A stretch of DNA of 64,000 bases from Octopus sinensis (taxonomy: Eukaryota), in assembly GCF_006345805.1 (NCBI RefSeq), contig NC_043018.1, positions 6,820,001-6,884,000 of the forward strand, given 5' to 3'. Positions 37,395 through 51,921 of the stretch are shown here, in pieces. The first letter of the stretch is position 1, and the number at the start of each line of letters is the position of its first letter. Below the pieces are notes generated by a model. It searched no databases. It was not told the origin of the DNA and was given only the letters and a program-made list of their open reading frames with translations. The position numbers and the translations under genes are program-made.

Positions 37395-37790
37395 CAATGA
37401 TGATGATGATAATGATGATGATGATGATGATAATGATGATGACAATCATGATGATGATGACACTGGTGATAATGATGATAAAGATGATGATGGTGATGAA
37501 AATGATGACAATCATGATGATGGTCATGATAATGACACTGGTAATAATGATGATAAAGGTGATGATGATGACGATTATGATGATGACAATGATGATGATG
37601 ACAATCTTGATAATGGTCATGATTTTGATGATGATGTGACTGACGATAATGATGATGAATATGATCATCATGACGAAGATGATTATGATGACAAAGATAA
37701 TGAAGATGATGAGGAGGAGGAGCACAACGACAATGACAGTGCCGGTGATGACAAGGACGATGATGACGATGATAACAACAATGCTTTAAC
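37395..37790. repeat. Degenerate (GAT)n tract
   Basis: Direct inspection. Confidence 0.9.
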
Positions 37791-38362
37791 CTCGTTCAAC
37801 TTTTCCTTCACAAGATATCTTATAAAAAATTTCTAAAGAGATTCGACCGTTCACATTTTATTTATTAATTTTTTTCTTTTTTTTTGAAAATAGTTAAATT
37901 ATGAAATTAAATACGTCTCTAAAAAACTTAACTGAGTAACCACCTGAGGAAAATTATGTAACTGCTGAACATAAAAAAATAAGCTGCGGACATGTCTGGA
38001 GTATAGAAAAAAAAAAAGAAAAAAACAAACTGAAAATATCCAATAATGAAAGTAATTTTCAACGGTATTGATTATTTTTATGTCCCACCCATCGACATAC
38101 ACTCACTCCTCAGACTTTACCAAAACGTAGGAACTATTTAGCTTTTATATCAGTATATTTAATGGGTTTTTGGAGTGTCATTAACCGTAATCATGTGCTG
38201 GGACATATTCATATATGTATATACATGAGTGTGTGCATGTGTGTGTGTGTGCGTATGTGTGTGTGTATGTATCTGTGTGTGTATGTATGTGTATATGTAA
38301 GTGTATATTTGTATGTGTGTGTACGTATGTGAGCAAGCATACATATATATATGTACATATAC

Positions 38363-38395
<33 letters not shown>

Positions 38396-38701
38396 TATTT
38401 AGATAAATATAGATGTATTTACATATATGTACATGGATATACATGCATAATTATACGTATATGTATATGCATATATATGTATTTATATATATGTTTATAT
38501 ACATACATAATTATACGTATATGCATATGCATATATGTATATTATATATATATATATATATATATGTATATACATACATATACATATATATATACAAGTA
38601 TATATATATATATAAATATATACATATGTATATCACACCACACACACACACACACATATATATGTATGTATACATGCATACATATATATATATTATATAT
38701 A

Positions 38702-38762
<61 letters not shown>

Positions 38763-39681
38763 AATGCATGTATGTATGTATATATATATGTATGTATACT
38801 CAGTTTGAAAGGCATGCAAGATTATTTACTTTTATATTTAATAATGATGTTTATACATTAAAGCTGAATAAGCAATGTCTACCTCACCTACCCAGAGGGC
38901 ATCTCCATCATATACACATATATACCTACATATGCACACACACACATACACACATGTACACACCAACACACACTAACACATACACACACATATGTATATA
39001 TGTTTATATATATATATATATATATATATATGTTTATATATATATATATATGTGTTTATATATATGTATATATATATATGTGTTTATATATACATATATA
39101 TGTTTATATATATATGTATATATATATGCCACAGAAATTTCCACTGAATGCTCTTTCCACCACCCTTTGCTCTGTACACTCCTCCACCCTGTCATCTTGC
39201 TAGAAGCAGGTCTCCTCCCATTACCTTTATTCATCTTCCACCATTTCCTCCTTCATGTACCTCTAACTTCATCCCAGGCACTGTGCATCTCTCTCACACA
39301 CCACCAACCCTACAAACTTCACATCATCCTTACTGCCATTTGTTACTTCTCAGACCCAACCCGTTTCCTCCACCTTCCCCCTCCAACTGATCTGATATCC
39401 CCACCGTCTTCATCACACTCTGCATTCCTCTCTGGCCATCGCTCTTCCTTCTTACTCTCACAAACTCACCTACCTACCCACACACTCTGTCCAATCTTCT
39501 GAATCACTTCTTTAATAAGCACAAGCGTGGCTGTATGGTAAGAAGCTTGCTTCCCAACCACATGGTTCTGGGTTCAGTTCCACTGCATGGCATCTTGGGC
39601 AAATGTCTTCTACTAAAGCCTCTGGCCAACCAAAGGCTTGTGAGTGAAACTGGTAGATGAAAACTGAAAGAAACCTATCAC

Positions 39682-39709
<28 letters not shown>

Positions 39710-39714
<5 letters not shown>

Positions 39715-40168
39715 AAAAAAGCAACAAGAATGGATTAAAATCTCGGTACGATCGTTTCGTACGAGGACATCTTTAATAAGCTACAAAAAATGCAGTGAAT
39801 ACAGATGGCTCGTACTCGTCAGCCGAAAAAATATCAGAGAATTCCCAAACATCAAAAGGGGTAGATACAAAAAGTTTGTACAAACTCTTTTGTATCTACC
39901 CCTTTTGATGTTTGGGAATTCTCTGATATTTTTTCGGCTGACGAGTACGAGCCATCTGTATTCACTGCATTTTTTGTAGCTTATTAAAGATGTCCTCGTA
40001 CGAAACGATCGTACCGAGATTTTAATCCATTCTTGTTGCTTTTTTCCTATTTGTAATCACCCCACTTGTCGTATGGTTAACACCATATAGATATCCGGTG
40101 CATCCTAGTTAAGGACCATATTCATGTGAATTCTTTAGAATTCACTAGAATCTCAATTACTTAACCGT
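39710..40168 (+). mobile_element. PLE pseudo-LTR-like element forming a 341-bp palindrome plus a ~118-bp unpaired tail
   Basis: 39710-39879 pairs with 39880-40050 apart from a one-base bulge. The tail is homologous to 63203-63300. (TA)n on both sides. Confidence 0.85.
39932..40019 (+). ncRNA. Minimal type-I hammerhead ribozyme (mirror copy on the minus strand at about 39741-39828)
   Basis: Stem I UUUCGG/CCGAGA, CUGACGA (39938-39944), stem II GUACGAG/CUCGUAC, GAAA (40002-40005), stem III AC-GAUC-GU, predicted cleavage after A40013. Confidence 0.85.
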
Positions 40169-40183
40169 ATATATATATATATA

Positions 40184-40505
40184 CTCTTTTACTCTTTTAC
40201 TTGTTTCAGTCATTTGACTGCGGCCGTGCTAGAGCACCGCCTTTAATCACCCAACTCAACAACAGGACTTATTCTTTGTAAGCCCAGTACTTATTCTATC
40301 AGTCTCTTTTGGTGAACCGCTAAGTGACGGGAACATAAACACACCAGCATCGGTTGTCAAGCAATGCTGGGGGGATAAACACAGACACACAAACATACAC
40401 GTACACACACACACATATATATATACATATATACGACAGGCTTCTTTCAGTTTCTGTCTACCAAATCCACTCACAAGGCTTTGGTCGGCCCGAGGCTATA
40501 GCAGA
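40184..40505 (-). mobile_element. CORE-type SINE, 5'-truncated
   Basis: (TACTCTTT)n tail and 3' module, reversed. Confidence 0.85.
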
Positions 40506-40689
40506 AGACCATGACCTGTTCATTGAGATGCAGCACGAAGTTTTGTCAGTGAACAGGTTGTGGTCTCAAAGCGACAAAAATATTTTGACAAATTAAATTT
40601 AAATGTTGAAGTGAATCTAACGGTTTTTGTGTGTTTTTTAAATGTCTTATAAGCACCTTCCACTCTGCAATTGTATATATATATATATA

Positions 40690-40943
40690 TTGATAGAAAC
40701 GGTAAGACAACAAAAGAAAGAAAGAGACTTCGATATTATGTAAATAGAGGAATTTATCTGTAAATGTAATATGTGACAATTATTCATAGCCATGATAAAA
40801 CTCTAAGTTTCGGATGTTGGGGCGGAAATTCACAGATAACCAAAGAGATGGCAGTGTGGATTTCCACCCCAACATCCAAATCTTAAAGTTTTATCATGGC
40901 TACCGAATAATTGTCACATATTACATTTACAGATATATAAATG

Positions 40944-40980
<37 letters not shown>

Positions 40981-41150
40981 GTAAATATAGTTGCCATTAT
41001 TCAATAGCCAAGATACAAATTCGGTATCCGAAACTCAGAGTTTTATCTGGCTATTGAATAATGGTAACATATTATTTACAGATAAATTTCCTCTATTTAC
41101 ATAATATTGAGGTCTCTTTCTTTCTTTTGTTATCTTACCTTTTTACCAAT
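40690..41150. mobile_element. Two adjacent fold-back PLE fragments of one family
   Basis: Arms 40756-40829/40860-40934 and 40980-41015/41044-41080. Both share ATCCGAAACT(T/C)AGAGTTTTATC and TTTACAGATAAATT(T)CCTCTATTTACATAATAT. Confidence 0.7.
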
Positions 41151-41730
41151 ATATATATATATATATCATATATATATATACAAACACCCGTTACACTCTT
41201 GGAGTGGTTGGTGTTAGGAAGGACATCCAGCCATAGAAACCATGCCAAATCAGACTTGAACCTGGTACAGCTGGTTTACCAGTTCCAGTCAAACTGTCTA
41301 ACCCATGCCAGGCCAGATTGGAGCAAGGTGCAGCCTACTGGTTTTCCAGTCCTTGGCGAAACTGTCCAACCTGTGCCAGCATGGAGAGCAGAAGTTAAAG
41401 GATGATGATGATGATGGTATGTAAATGTATGTAACCCCATGATTAACGTGTTGCACTCACGATTGTCAGATCGTGGGTTTGATTTCCAGACCAAACAGCA
41501 CAATGTGTTCTTGAAGCACAATGCCTGTATTTCAAGTTGTTCCATTCAATTCAGCTGTAAACAGGTAACCCTGTGACAGGATAGCCTTCATATCAGGGGG
41601 GTGGGAAGAATGCTGGCCTGCTCATCCACTTAGCCAGTGGGGTGGCATCATTCAAAAGGTAAAACAATACAAAATATATTGTGACTGACCAGTGATACAA
41701 CAACATCCAGTAGTCTGGTCAATCATGTGA

Positions 41731-41780
<50 letters not shown>

Positions 41781-41784
<4 letters not shown>

Positions 41785-41945
41785 CCTTATGTCTCTCCTT
41801 GTTTTTTGCTGTGTTCCTTTCTGTAGAAGAGTGTAGGCTCGAAACATAAAAGACTTTTTCTATTCCTGAGCATTATACTAATACATCTGTTTGTTTTGTA
41901 CACCACCTGTCTTCGTCTTTGGTTTTTTCGTAAACTCTCCATATA
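41781..41945 (+). mobile_element. ~190-bp PLE-like element with a CTGTAGA hammerhead variant, copy A
   Basis: CTTT-CTGTAGA-A-GAGT-GTAG-GCTC-GAAA-CAT-A-AAAG at 41817-41852, within (TA)n. Confidence 0.75.
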
Positions 41946-42403
41946 TATATGTATGTGTGTGTGTGTATCAACACACACATATATGTGCATGTTTGTGTGT
42001 GTGTGTGTGTGTATGTATGTATGCAGATATGCATGCATATATGTGTGTGTGTGTGTAAAAAGGGTAGAGACCACCTTTGGTCATAAATGACCATGGGATT
42101 GCACCTAGAAACTTCCCCTCCAAGTCACAAGTCCAAGCAAGATTGTTCATGGTAGACCAGCAGTCACGCATCCATACCCGCCTCCCCTCTCTATGCCACT
42201 GATGTTATCCAAGGAAAAGGCAAAGGTCAATGCAGCTTGGCACCAGTGACACTGCAATCCATTTCTACAGCTGAGTGAACTGAAGCAACATGAAATAAAG
42301 TGTCTTGCTCAAGAACACAGTACACAGTTCTGGCTGAGAATTGAACTCATTACCTCATGATTGTGAGTCCAATGTACAAACCAGAGCCATGTGCCTTATA
42401 TAA

Positions 42404-42465
<62 letters not shown>

Positions 42466-42471
<6 letters not shown>

Positions 42472-42665
42472 AGAGTTTACAAAAAAAACAAAAGACAAAG
42501 ACAGGTGGTGTACAAAACAAACAGATGTATTAGTATAACGCTCAGAACAGAAAAAGTCTTTTACATTTCGAGCCTATGCTCTTCTACAGAGAGGGACACA
42601 GAGAAAAACAAGGAGAGAAACAAGGAGAGAAAAAAAATGTGTGTAGTGGCTAACAATCTATCATG
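42466..42665 (-). mobile_element. Same element, copy B
   Basis: Reverse complement CTCT-CTGTAGA-A-GAGC-ATAG-GCTC-GAAA-TGT-A-AAAG. Confidence 0.75.
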
Positions 42666-42674
42666 TATATACAT

Positions 42675-42736
<62 letters not shown>

Positions 42737-43099
42737 TAGCTGGTGCACCTGGTAATTCCTGGGGGTTAAGAGTTCTATTGAAATGCCTTATTAGTCTGAT
42801 ATAAGAAAGCAATTTCATTACAACTGCCACAAAAGGTGTATTTTCCGTCACGGAAAAGTACAAAACACTGTCAGCTGGAGGAGGGAGAGATTGTCGGAGG
42901 TTGGTGAGAGAGGTTGTCGGAGGTTAATGAGAAGCAAATTCATAAATTTGTATCTTTGTGCTATACCTAACTGATACCAGTCGTATCTCTGGGGTGTGTA
43001 CCATGGACTATAACCAGCCATTGTACATTTTTATCTTTGTGACAATTTGAGAAGCGATTATTTCACGAAGCTAAGAGAGTTTAGTTTATTTCCTTCATC

Positions 43100-43172
43100 A
43101 TTAAAGCAGCATTTATTGTGTATATAGATGTGTGTGTCAGTGTGTGTGATTGTGTGTGTATGTGTGTGTGCA

Positions 43173-43208
<36 letters not shown>

Positions 43209-46200
43209 GAGAGAGGAGAGAGTTGTGTATATAAATATGTAAGATATATATTTATATATATATATATACATATATAAATGTAACATACATGTATAGATAT
43301 TTGTATGAATGTGTGTATGTATGTATGTTTGTATGTATGTATATATATAGATATAGATATATACACATATATAATATGCATGTGTGTGTGTATATGTATA
43401 GATAGATACACATATATATATACACAAATAGATAATATACACATATAGAATACACAAAAAGGCACATATATCTATCTATCTATCTAACTATATATATATG
43501 TGCATATACATGTATGTATGTATATGATATATATAGCCATATATATATATATATATAGTATATATAGATATATATATATATATATATACATATATAATAT
43601 ATATACATATGTATACATATATACACACACATATATATACATATACATATGTATGTGTGTGTGTGTATATATATATACACATGTATGCCCGTACTATTTT
43701 ATGTACATGTGTACATGAATGGAGAAACTCATACACATACACACAGATATGTTTATACACACACATGCACACATATATGTATATACATATGCACATACAC
43801 ACACACACACACACACAGATTATTTCCTTATAATTGTCTTACTAGCAACAACTGGGTGTGTATATGTGTGTATCAAGTGTGTGTATGAGTGCGTGTGACT
43901 GTAGTATATATCATGCTATCCCATAAGAATTGTATAATGTGTATTTAATATGTGTTTATTTGGCATTGGTAATGGCTTGTATACACAATTTGTGTGTGTG
44001 TGTGTATAATAATATATGTACGTATACATGTGTGAATACTAGTGTTTGTGTGTCAGTGTGTGTAATCACATATGTATTGTATGTATGTGAGTAAGAGTGT
44101 GTGTCTTCATCCACTAAGTGACATGTATAAGGAATATATAGTCTATATACATACACACACATATACATACACACACATATACATACACACGCATACATAT
44201 ATCTATATACAACACACACTATATATATATTGCATATATATAGTGTGTGTGTGCGTGTATGTATGTAGCATCTTATATATATGCCAGAACATATATATAT
44301 ATATGAATGTATATATCTGTTGGTGTATTATAGCTATATATATATAACGCCAATATATACGATATATATTATTTACATATATACCACCTACCACACACAT
44401 ATATTCTATCTTTCTATCTATACATATATATATATGTATATATATATATATCTATATATATATTATATATACACATACATATATATGTTCTTTTTGTGTG
44501 TATGTAGGGGGATGTATATGTGCATGTGTGTGTATGTATATGTGCATGTGTGTGTATGTGTGTGTGAGTGACCAGCCATTCTACAGCATGTACAAGCGTG
44601 TATCTATGTATGAACATCTATTCTCTGTGTGTACATGTATTTATGTCTGTGTTCATTTGTGTGTGGTGCAATAAATTCATTCTCTGAAGCATAATCTCTG
44701 TGTTTTCAGTATAATGTGTGTATAACTTATTTAGGTGTGTATATATATGCATGTGTATGTGGACTATCTTGTTCATTACATGTTTATGAGTATATGTAGA
44801 TATATGTGTTCTTTTAGTGTGGTGAGCGAGCAAGTTCTGTAAATTTTGTAAGTATATATGTGTATATGTATGTAGATACACACACACACACACACATATA
44901 TTATATACTTATATAGAAATATATGTGTACATAGATATACACATACATATATGTAAATATATATGTATATACACTTATATATCTATGCATGCTATGTGTA
45001 TATATGCATACAGTTTATATATATATTGATGTATATTATATATATATTATATATATCATATATATATATAATATATATCTATATATCTATATATATATAT
45101 ATAGATATATTATATATATTAAAATATATATAGATTTGTATGTACATACATAAAGATAATAGATACTTACATGTACTATACATAGTCTGTGTGTGTATGA
45201 ATTGTTATGTGTATTTTATACATACATGTATGCATTTAACTATATGTACTTCTATATGGATATTATATGCCTGTCGTGTCCTTACATGTATACACACACA
45301 TATATATATATACATATATATGATGATAAATATATATATATGTATATACATATATATATCATATATATATAAGTATGTGTATATATATATATGTACATAT
45401 ATATATCATATATATATGTGTGTATATATATGTGTGTGTGTTCATGATCTTGTGTATATCATATGTATACAATATATTTTACAAGAATGTATGTTTATAT
45501 GTATATACAAGCACACACACACATACATATATACATCGCTTACATCATCATTACCACCATTACATGTGCAAGTCAAGTCGTGGAGGTGCGAGTAGCCCAT
45601 GTTATGCATGTGTGGACCCTCTGTGTGTGTGGGTGGGTGTGTGGTGGGTGTATGTTTGTGTGTTTGTTTATTCTTTGAAGAGAATTCTTTGGCAGTGAAA
45701 TTTTATACCAAAACTGTTGCTTGTGCCATTAAATTTCTTGGCCCAAATAAACATTTATATTTACTGGCTTCCTCACTGGGTGCTCATCTTGAAACATCAC
45801 ACACACGCACGCACATACACACACACACACGCGCATGCACACACACACACGCACTCAAGCACACACATATATACATGCTCATACAAGATCTTATGCATAC
45901 ACATTTGCATATACGTATATATAGGCCATCATGTACATACACACTCAAATATACACCTATACCCACACACACACACACACGGATACATCATCACATATGC
46001 ACACTCACACACAAACATTCGCACATGCACACACACACACGCATACGTATTCAAGTAGGCATACATAAGCACATTCACATATATCAATACGTATATACAC
46101 ATTCAAATATCCACATACACATATATATTACATCATCACACATACATATTGAATACAGATGTGCACATACACACACACGTACAAATACAGGTGTGTGGGC

Positions 46201-46271
46201 ATATATTTATATATATATATGTACACACATATATCCATATATATATATTATATACACATATATATACATAA

Positions 46272-46311
<40 letters not shown>

Positions 46312-46929
46312 TTATGTATATATATGTGTATATAAATATATATAATGTTATATATATGTGTGTATAATATATATATAAATATATGCCCACACACCTGTAT
46401 TTGTACGTGTGTTGTGTATGTGCACATCTGTATTCAATATTATTGTGTGGAATGTATATTATGTATGTGGATTTGAATTGTTATATACGTATTGATATAT
46501 GTGATGTGCTTATGTATGCTACTTGAATACGTATGCGTGTGTGTGTGTGCATGTGCGAATGTTTGTGTGTGAGTGTGCATATGTGATGATGTATCCGTTG
46601 TGTGTGTGTGTGTGGGTAAGGTGTAATATGATGAGTGTGTATGTAACATGATGGCCTATATATACTTATATGCAAATGTGTATGCATAAGATCTTGTATG
46701 AGCATGTATATATGTGTGTGCTTGAGTGCGTGGTGTGTGTGTGCATGCGTGTGTGTGTGTGTGTATGTGCGTGCGTGTGTGTGTGTTTCAAGATGAGCAC
46801 CCAGTGAGGAAGCCATTAAATATAAATGTTTAGATTTGCCCAAGAAATTAATGGCAAAAGCAACAGTTTTGGTATAAAATTTCACCTGCAAAGAATTCTC
46901 TTCAAAAGAATAAACAAACACACACACAT

Positions 46930-46978
<49 letters not shown>

Positions 46979-47135
46979 ATGCTATATATATATTATATAT
47001 ACATATATATACATATATCTATATACATAATTAATACATATATATATATACATATACATATATATATAATACATATACATATACATATATATATATATAA
47101 CATAATATATACATACATATATACATACATATATA

Positions 47136-47176
<41 letters not shown>

Positions 47177-47342
47177 TATATATAATATATACATGTATAT
47201 ATAATATATATATATACATATACATATATTAGGTATTAACATAGACACACAGATACAAGTGTATATATATATATATATCACATAGACCCACATGCAGGTG
47301 TATATATACACATGAACACAGATAAATATATAGATGTATATA

Positions 47343-47380
<38 letters not shown>

Positions 47381-47399
47381 AATGTATACTGGAATGCAT

Positions 47400-47434
<35 letters not shown>

Positions 47435-48693
47435 CACAGGTATGAACACACTATTATGCATATACACCACTACACATATATCTACACAGACATAACCTCA
47501 AACACGTGTTCTTTTATTCTGTTAGTTGTTTCAAACATTTTGACTGCAGCCATGCTGGAGCACCACCGTAATGGGTTTTAGTTGAAGCAATTGCACCCAG
47601 GACTTATTCTTTGTAAGCTTAGTATTTATTCTATTGGTCTCTTTTGCTGGACTGCTAGGTTATGAGGACGTAAACAACAATATCGGTTGTCAAGCGATGG
47701 CTGGGGGACAAACACAACACAAAGACACTCACATAAACACATACATATATACGATGGGCTTCTTTCAGTTTCCACCTACCAAATCCACTCACAAGGTTTT
47801 GGCCAGTCCAAAGACACTGCCCCAAGGTGCCACTCAGTAGGACTGAAACTGGAACCCTGTGGTTGGGAAGGAAGCTTCTTACCACACAGACGTGCCAGCA
47901 ATACAAACTGATGCAGATATTGTGTCTTTTATTTTTACTTGTTTTACGGGGACATAAACACACCAACATTGGTGTCAAGCAATGATGAGGGAACAAACAC
48001 AGACACACAAATACATACATACATTATATATACATATATATATATATTTCTTTATTACCTTCAAGGGGCTAAACACAGAGAGGGCACAAACAAGGACAGA
48101 CAAAGGGATTAAGTCGATTACATTGACCCCAGTGCATAACTGGTACTTGATCTTTCGACCCCGAAAGGATGAAACGCAAAGTCGACCTTGGTGGAATTTG
48201 AACTCGGAACGTAACGACAGATCACAACACCATCAACAATGATGACAGACAGGCACACGCCTGAAGAAAACAGAAACATGCACATAGACACACAAGCACA
48301 CAAACATACATATGGACAAACACAAACACACACACACACACGTGCACACAGACACAACCGTACATAATTATACGCTCATGCACATACACACACACAATCA
48401 TGCTAATGCATACAAACACTTCCTCACACACAAACCTAGACATAAAACAAGCACATGTTCATATACACACACACACACTAATACAGATAGTACAATATAC
48501 ACACATGCACATGCATGCTTTCATCTATACACACATGCACAGTCATACGCATTTACATATACATAGATATAGGCAGAGACACACACACACACATGCATAT
48601 GTACTTAGATACACACACACACTTGCTCGCATGCAGAGTCATACCCAAGCACACATGAACACTCGCATGCACACACGTGTGCACATACTTACG

Positions 48694-48732
<39 letters not shown>

Positions 48733-49200
48733 GCATATGTAAAATGAGAAGTACACGTGTACCTAGATATATATATATATACATTGATAAAGACATATAT
48801 TTATATACACACAAACACACAGTTGCACACACACACACACACATACACATGCTCATAAACACATGAAACACTCACAGACACGTTCCGACACATATACACA
48901 AACAGAGGCAAATACACACATGCACAAAAATATGTACACACACATATACATGAACATAGACATGCACACACATGCACAGAAATACACACACATAGCTAAA
49001 AATACATACACACACGAAAAGACATATACACACACAGAGAGGCACAAAACACAGACATATACACACAGACATATGCACACATGCTCAAAAATACTCACAC
49101 ACACATGCACAGACACATACATATACATACATGCACGAACACATACATACACGCACAAAAATATGTGCACACACATATACACACATCCACACTTATGAAC
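43100..49200. repeat. Extended compound (TA)/(CA)/(TG) microsatellite region with a few SINEs (about 47510-48230)
   Basis: Direct inspection. Confidence 0.85.
45655..46930. repeat. Large inverted duplication
   Basis: Arms about 45655-46210 and 46378-46930, including the unique segment GAAGAGAATTCTTTG...GGGTGCTCATCTTGAAAC. Confidence 0.9.
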
Positions 49201-50107
49201 AAAGACGCATAAACCGATGCTGTTGGACGGCTTCCAATGCAACAGTAATTTTAGCGCTAAGAGGTGGCCATAGCTGGAAGCAATAATCCTAGATGATTGA
49301 GAAGTGTCTTCCAGAGAAGAAGCAGGACATGGTGTGTTCTTGTTCTAAATCTGTTCCGGAACAATCTTGCCAATCACTTTTGTAGTATTCTCGTTTTAGT
49401 TGTTGATGCCATTGCCATGGTGACAGTTTATCCTGGGGTCAGTGCCACTCTGGCAGACATTTGGTCAGAGTTCTACCAGCTTTGAAGTGGGTTTTTTTTG
49501 TTTCTCTTGTACATATCCAGAACTACATGGTCTTGTAGGGTGAGATTTGAATAAGGGTTGAGGGAGGGTCCTTAACCTGCTATTTCTAGCGAGTTAGCAG
49601 CTATGTACATGCCAGCATGGAACACAGGTGTTAAATGGTAACAATAGTGATGATGACGATGAAGATGATGATAATGTTGGTGATGGTGGTGGTGATGGTG
49701 ATGATGGAGATGATGATGATGATGATGATGATAATGAGGATGATAATGATGATGATAGTGGTGATGATGGTGGTGGTGATGATGACAAAAATGATGGTTC
49801 CAGGTAATCTGATCAAAGAGACAGCCTGCTTGTGAAATTAACATGCAAGTGGCTGAGCACTCCACAGACACTGTGCGTACCCTTAGCAGAGTTCTCAGGG
49901 AGATTCAGTGCTTGACAGAAAATGTAAACAAGGCTGGCCCCTTTGAATTACTGGTATAACTCATTTTTGCCAGCTGAGTGGACTGGAGCAACGTGAAATA
50001 AAATGTCTTGCTCAATTGGGAGCTGAATACCTTAACCATCAGGTCACATATCTTCGTGTGTGTGTGTATGTGTGTTTGTGTGTGTATGTGTGCATATGAA
50101 TATAATT

Positions 50108-51050
50108 ATATCATTATATCCTTAATCCTTAAATCCTTAAAAATGTTTCAGCCCGAAGGCTGCGGCCATGCTGGGGCACCACTGTTGAATGAGCTACACT
50201 AGTATGTGAAACCACCTCTGATACGTGGCACTTGATCAACAAGGGAGTTCGACGCCGCTGCCCGCATCTGTGTTTCCTGCCGAAAGGTAGGTTCATCTGG
50301 GACCCCTGACAAAAAGAGATCCAGTATAGTTTTAAAGTAACCCACATCCACACCATCCAGGTCTCTCAGGCATTTATGAAGGATATTGAAGAGCTGTGGT
50401 CCCCTGAAACCCGAGCAGTTGCAGTATCTGGCCCTGTATTTTGATGGTGATGTTGGGATTTGGGCACCATGCAGTGGTGCCACATTCTACTGTTGGGGTA
50501 ACTTTGAATACCAAAATTCGGGACAAGACCCTTAAGGATTTTCCAGATGTATATCACTGCATATCTCTCCCACCTTTGCTCCAGGGAGAAGAGTTTTAAT
50601 ACTTTCAGTCTTTCCCAGTAGCTGATATGTTGCAATGAAAAGATCTTCTTAGTGTAGCTTCATTGGATTGCTTTGAGTTCTGCTGTTAACATTATATTGT
50701 GTGGTGACCATAGTTTTATATACATATAAAATCTTTTAAAATATTTCAACTTCAAAACTGGAGTCACGCTGGAGCACCACTGTTGACTGAACTACACTAA
50801 TATTTGAAACCTCCTCTGATATGTGGCATTTGGTCAATGACGGAACTTGATGCTGCTGCTCTCATCTGCGCTTCCAGCCATGAGGTAGACTCATCTGAAA
50901 CCCTTGACAGGAAGAGATCCAGTTTTGCTTCAAACACACTTACATCCACACCATGCAGGTCTCTCAGGCATTTTGGAAGGATGGTGAAGAGCTGTGGGCC
51001 TTTGAAGCCCAAGCTGTTGCAGTATCTGGTTCTGTATTTTGATGCATGTA
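50108..51050 (-). mobile_element. Two tandem 3' ends of a second CR1-type LINE family
   Basis: SYWERLKVLKLFSLEQRWERY and GPQLF.ILPKCLRDL.GVDV..F...LDLFLS.V.DE...RAAASNS; copies about 50108-50640 and 50735-51050. A 3' tip is also at 22240-22295. Confidence 0.85.
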
Positions 51051-51121
51051 AATATGTGTATAGCTTGGAAGATATATATATATACATATATATAAGATAT
51101 ATATATAATATATATTCAGTT

Positions 51122-51315
51122 GCCATGATAGATCGTTAGCTACTACACACATTTTTTCTCTCCTTGTTTTTTTCTGTGTCCCCTTTCTGTAGAAGAGCGT
51201 AAGCTCAAAACATAAAAGACTTTTTCTATTCCTGAGCGTTATACTAATACATCTGTTTGTTTTGTACACCACCTGTCTTCCTCTTTTGTTTTTTTCGTAA
51301 ACTCTCCCTAAATAT
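51122..51315 (+). mobile_element. Same ~190-bp CTGTAGA element, copy C
   Basis: CTTT-CTGTAGA-A-GAGC-GTAA-GCTC-AAAA-CAT-A-AAAG at about 51183-51218. Confidence 0.75.
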
Positions 51316-51565
51316 ATTCATGCATATGCATACAAACATACGTAGGTACATATGTCTGTATGTATGAATGATTTGGATATATGTATGTATATTATTATCC
51401 AAAATGTACAGAATTGAATATTCATCATAGCTGCAGTTTTGCATAAAGAATACAATGGAGTGTTAGGTAACAATCTGATTATATAACTTAACGCTCATCA
51501 GAGTTATTCAATGTGGAAGGGAATATGGCGACTGCTTTCTATGTATATATGCATATGTATATATG

Positions 51566-51608
<43 letters not shown>

Positions 51609-51921
51609 GTGTGTATATATATATATATATAAATATATACACACATATATATATGTATATGTATATATATCTATATACATATATATATAATATATATTAC
51701 ATATATATGTGTGTGTGTGCATACACATACATATATATGTGTACATTTATATGAGTATATATATTATGTATGTGTGGGTGTATATATATATATACATATA
51801 TTATGTATATGTGTGTATGTATAATATATATGTGTATATATATATATATATATATAATATATATAATATACATATATGTGTATGTATATATACATATATG
51901 TGCGTGTGTGTATGTGTATAA

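Noticed and set aside
37636-37836. Acidic Asp-rich ORF
   Set aside because: A translation of a (GAT)n microsatellite.
38351-39502. 383-aa ORF
   Set aside because: (TA)/(CA) microsatellite plus a pyrimidine-rich tract, possibly an old antisense LINE remnant.
51423-51505. Minus-strand hammerhead (CTGATGA-GCGTTAAG...CTTTATGC-AAAA-CTGCAG)
   Set aside because: GAAA is mutated and the cleavage triplet and stem I are lost, so it is not called functional.
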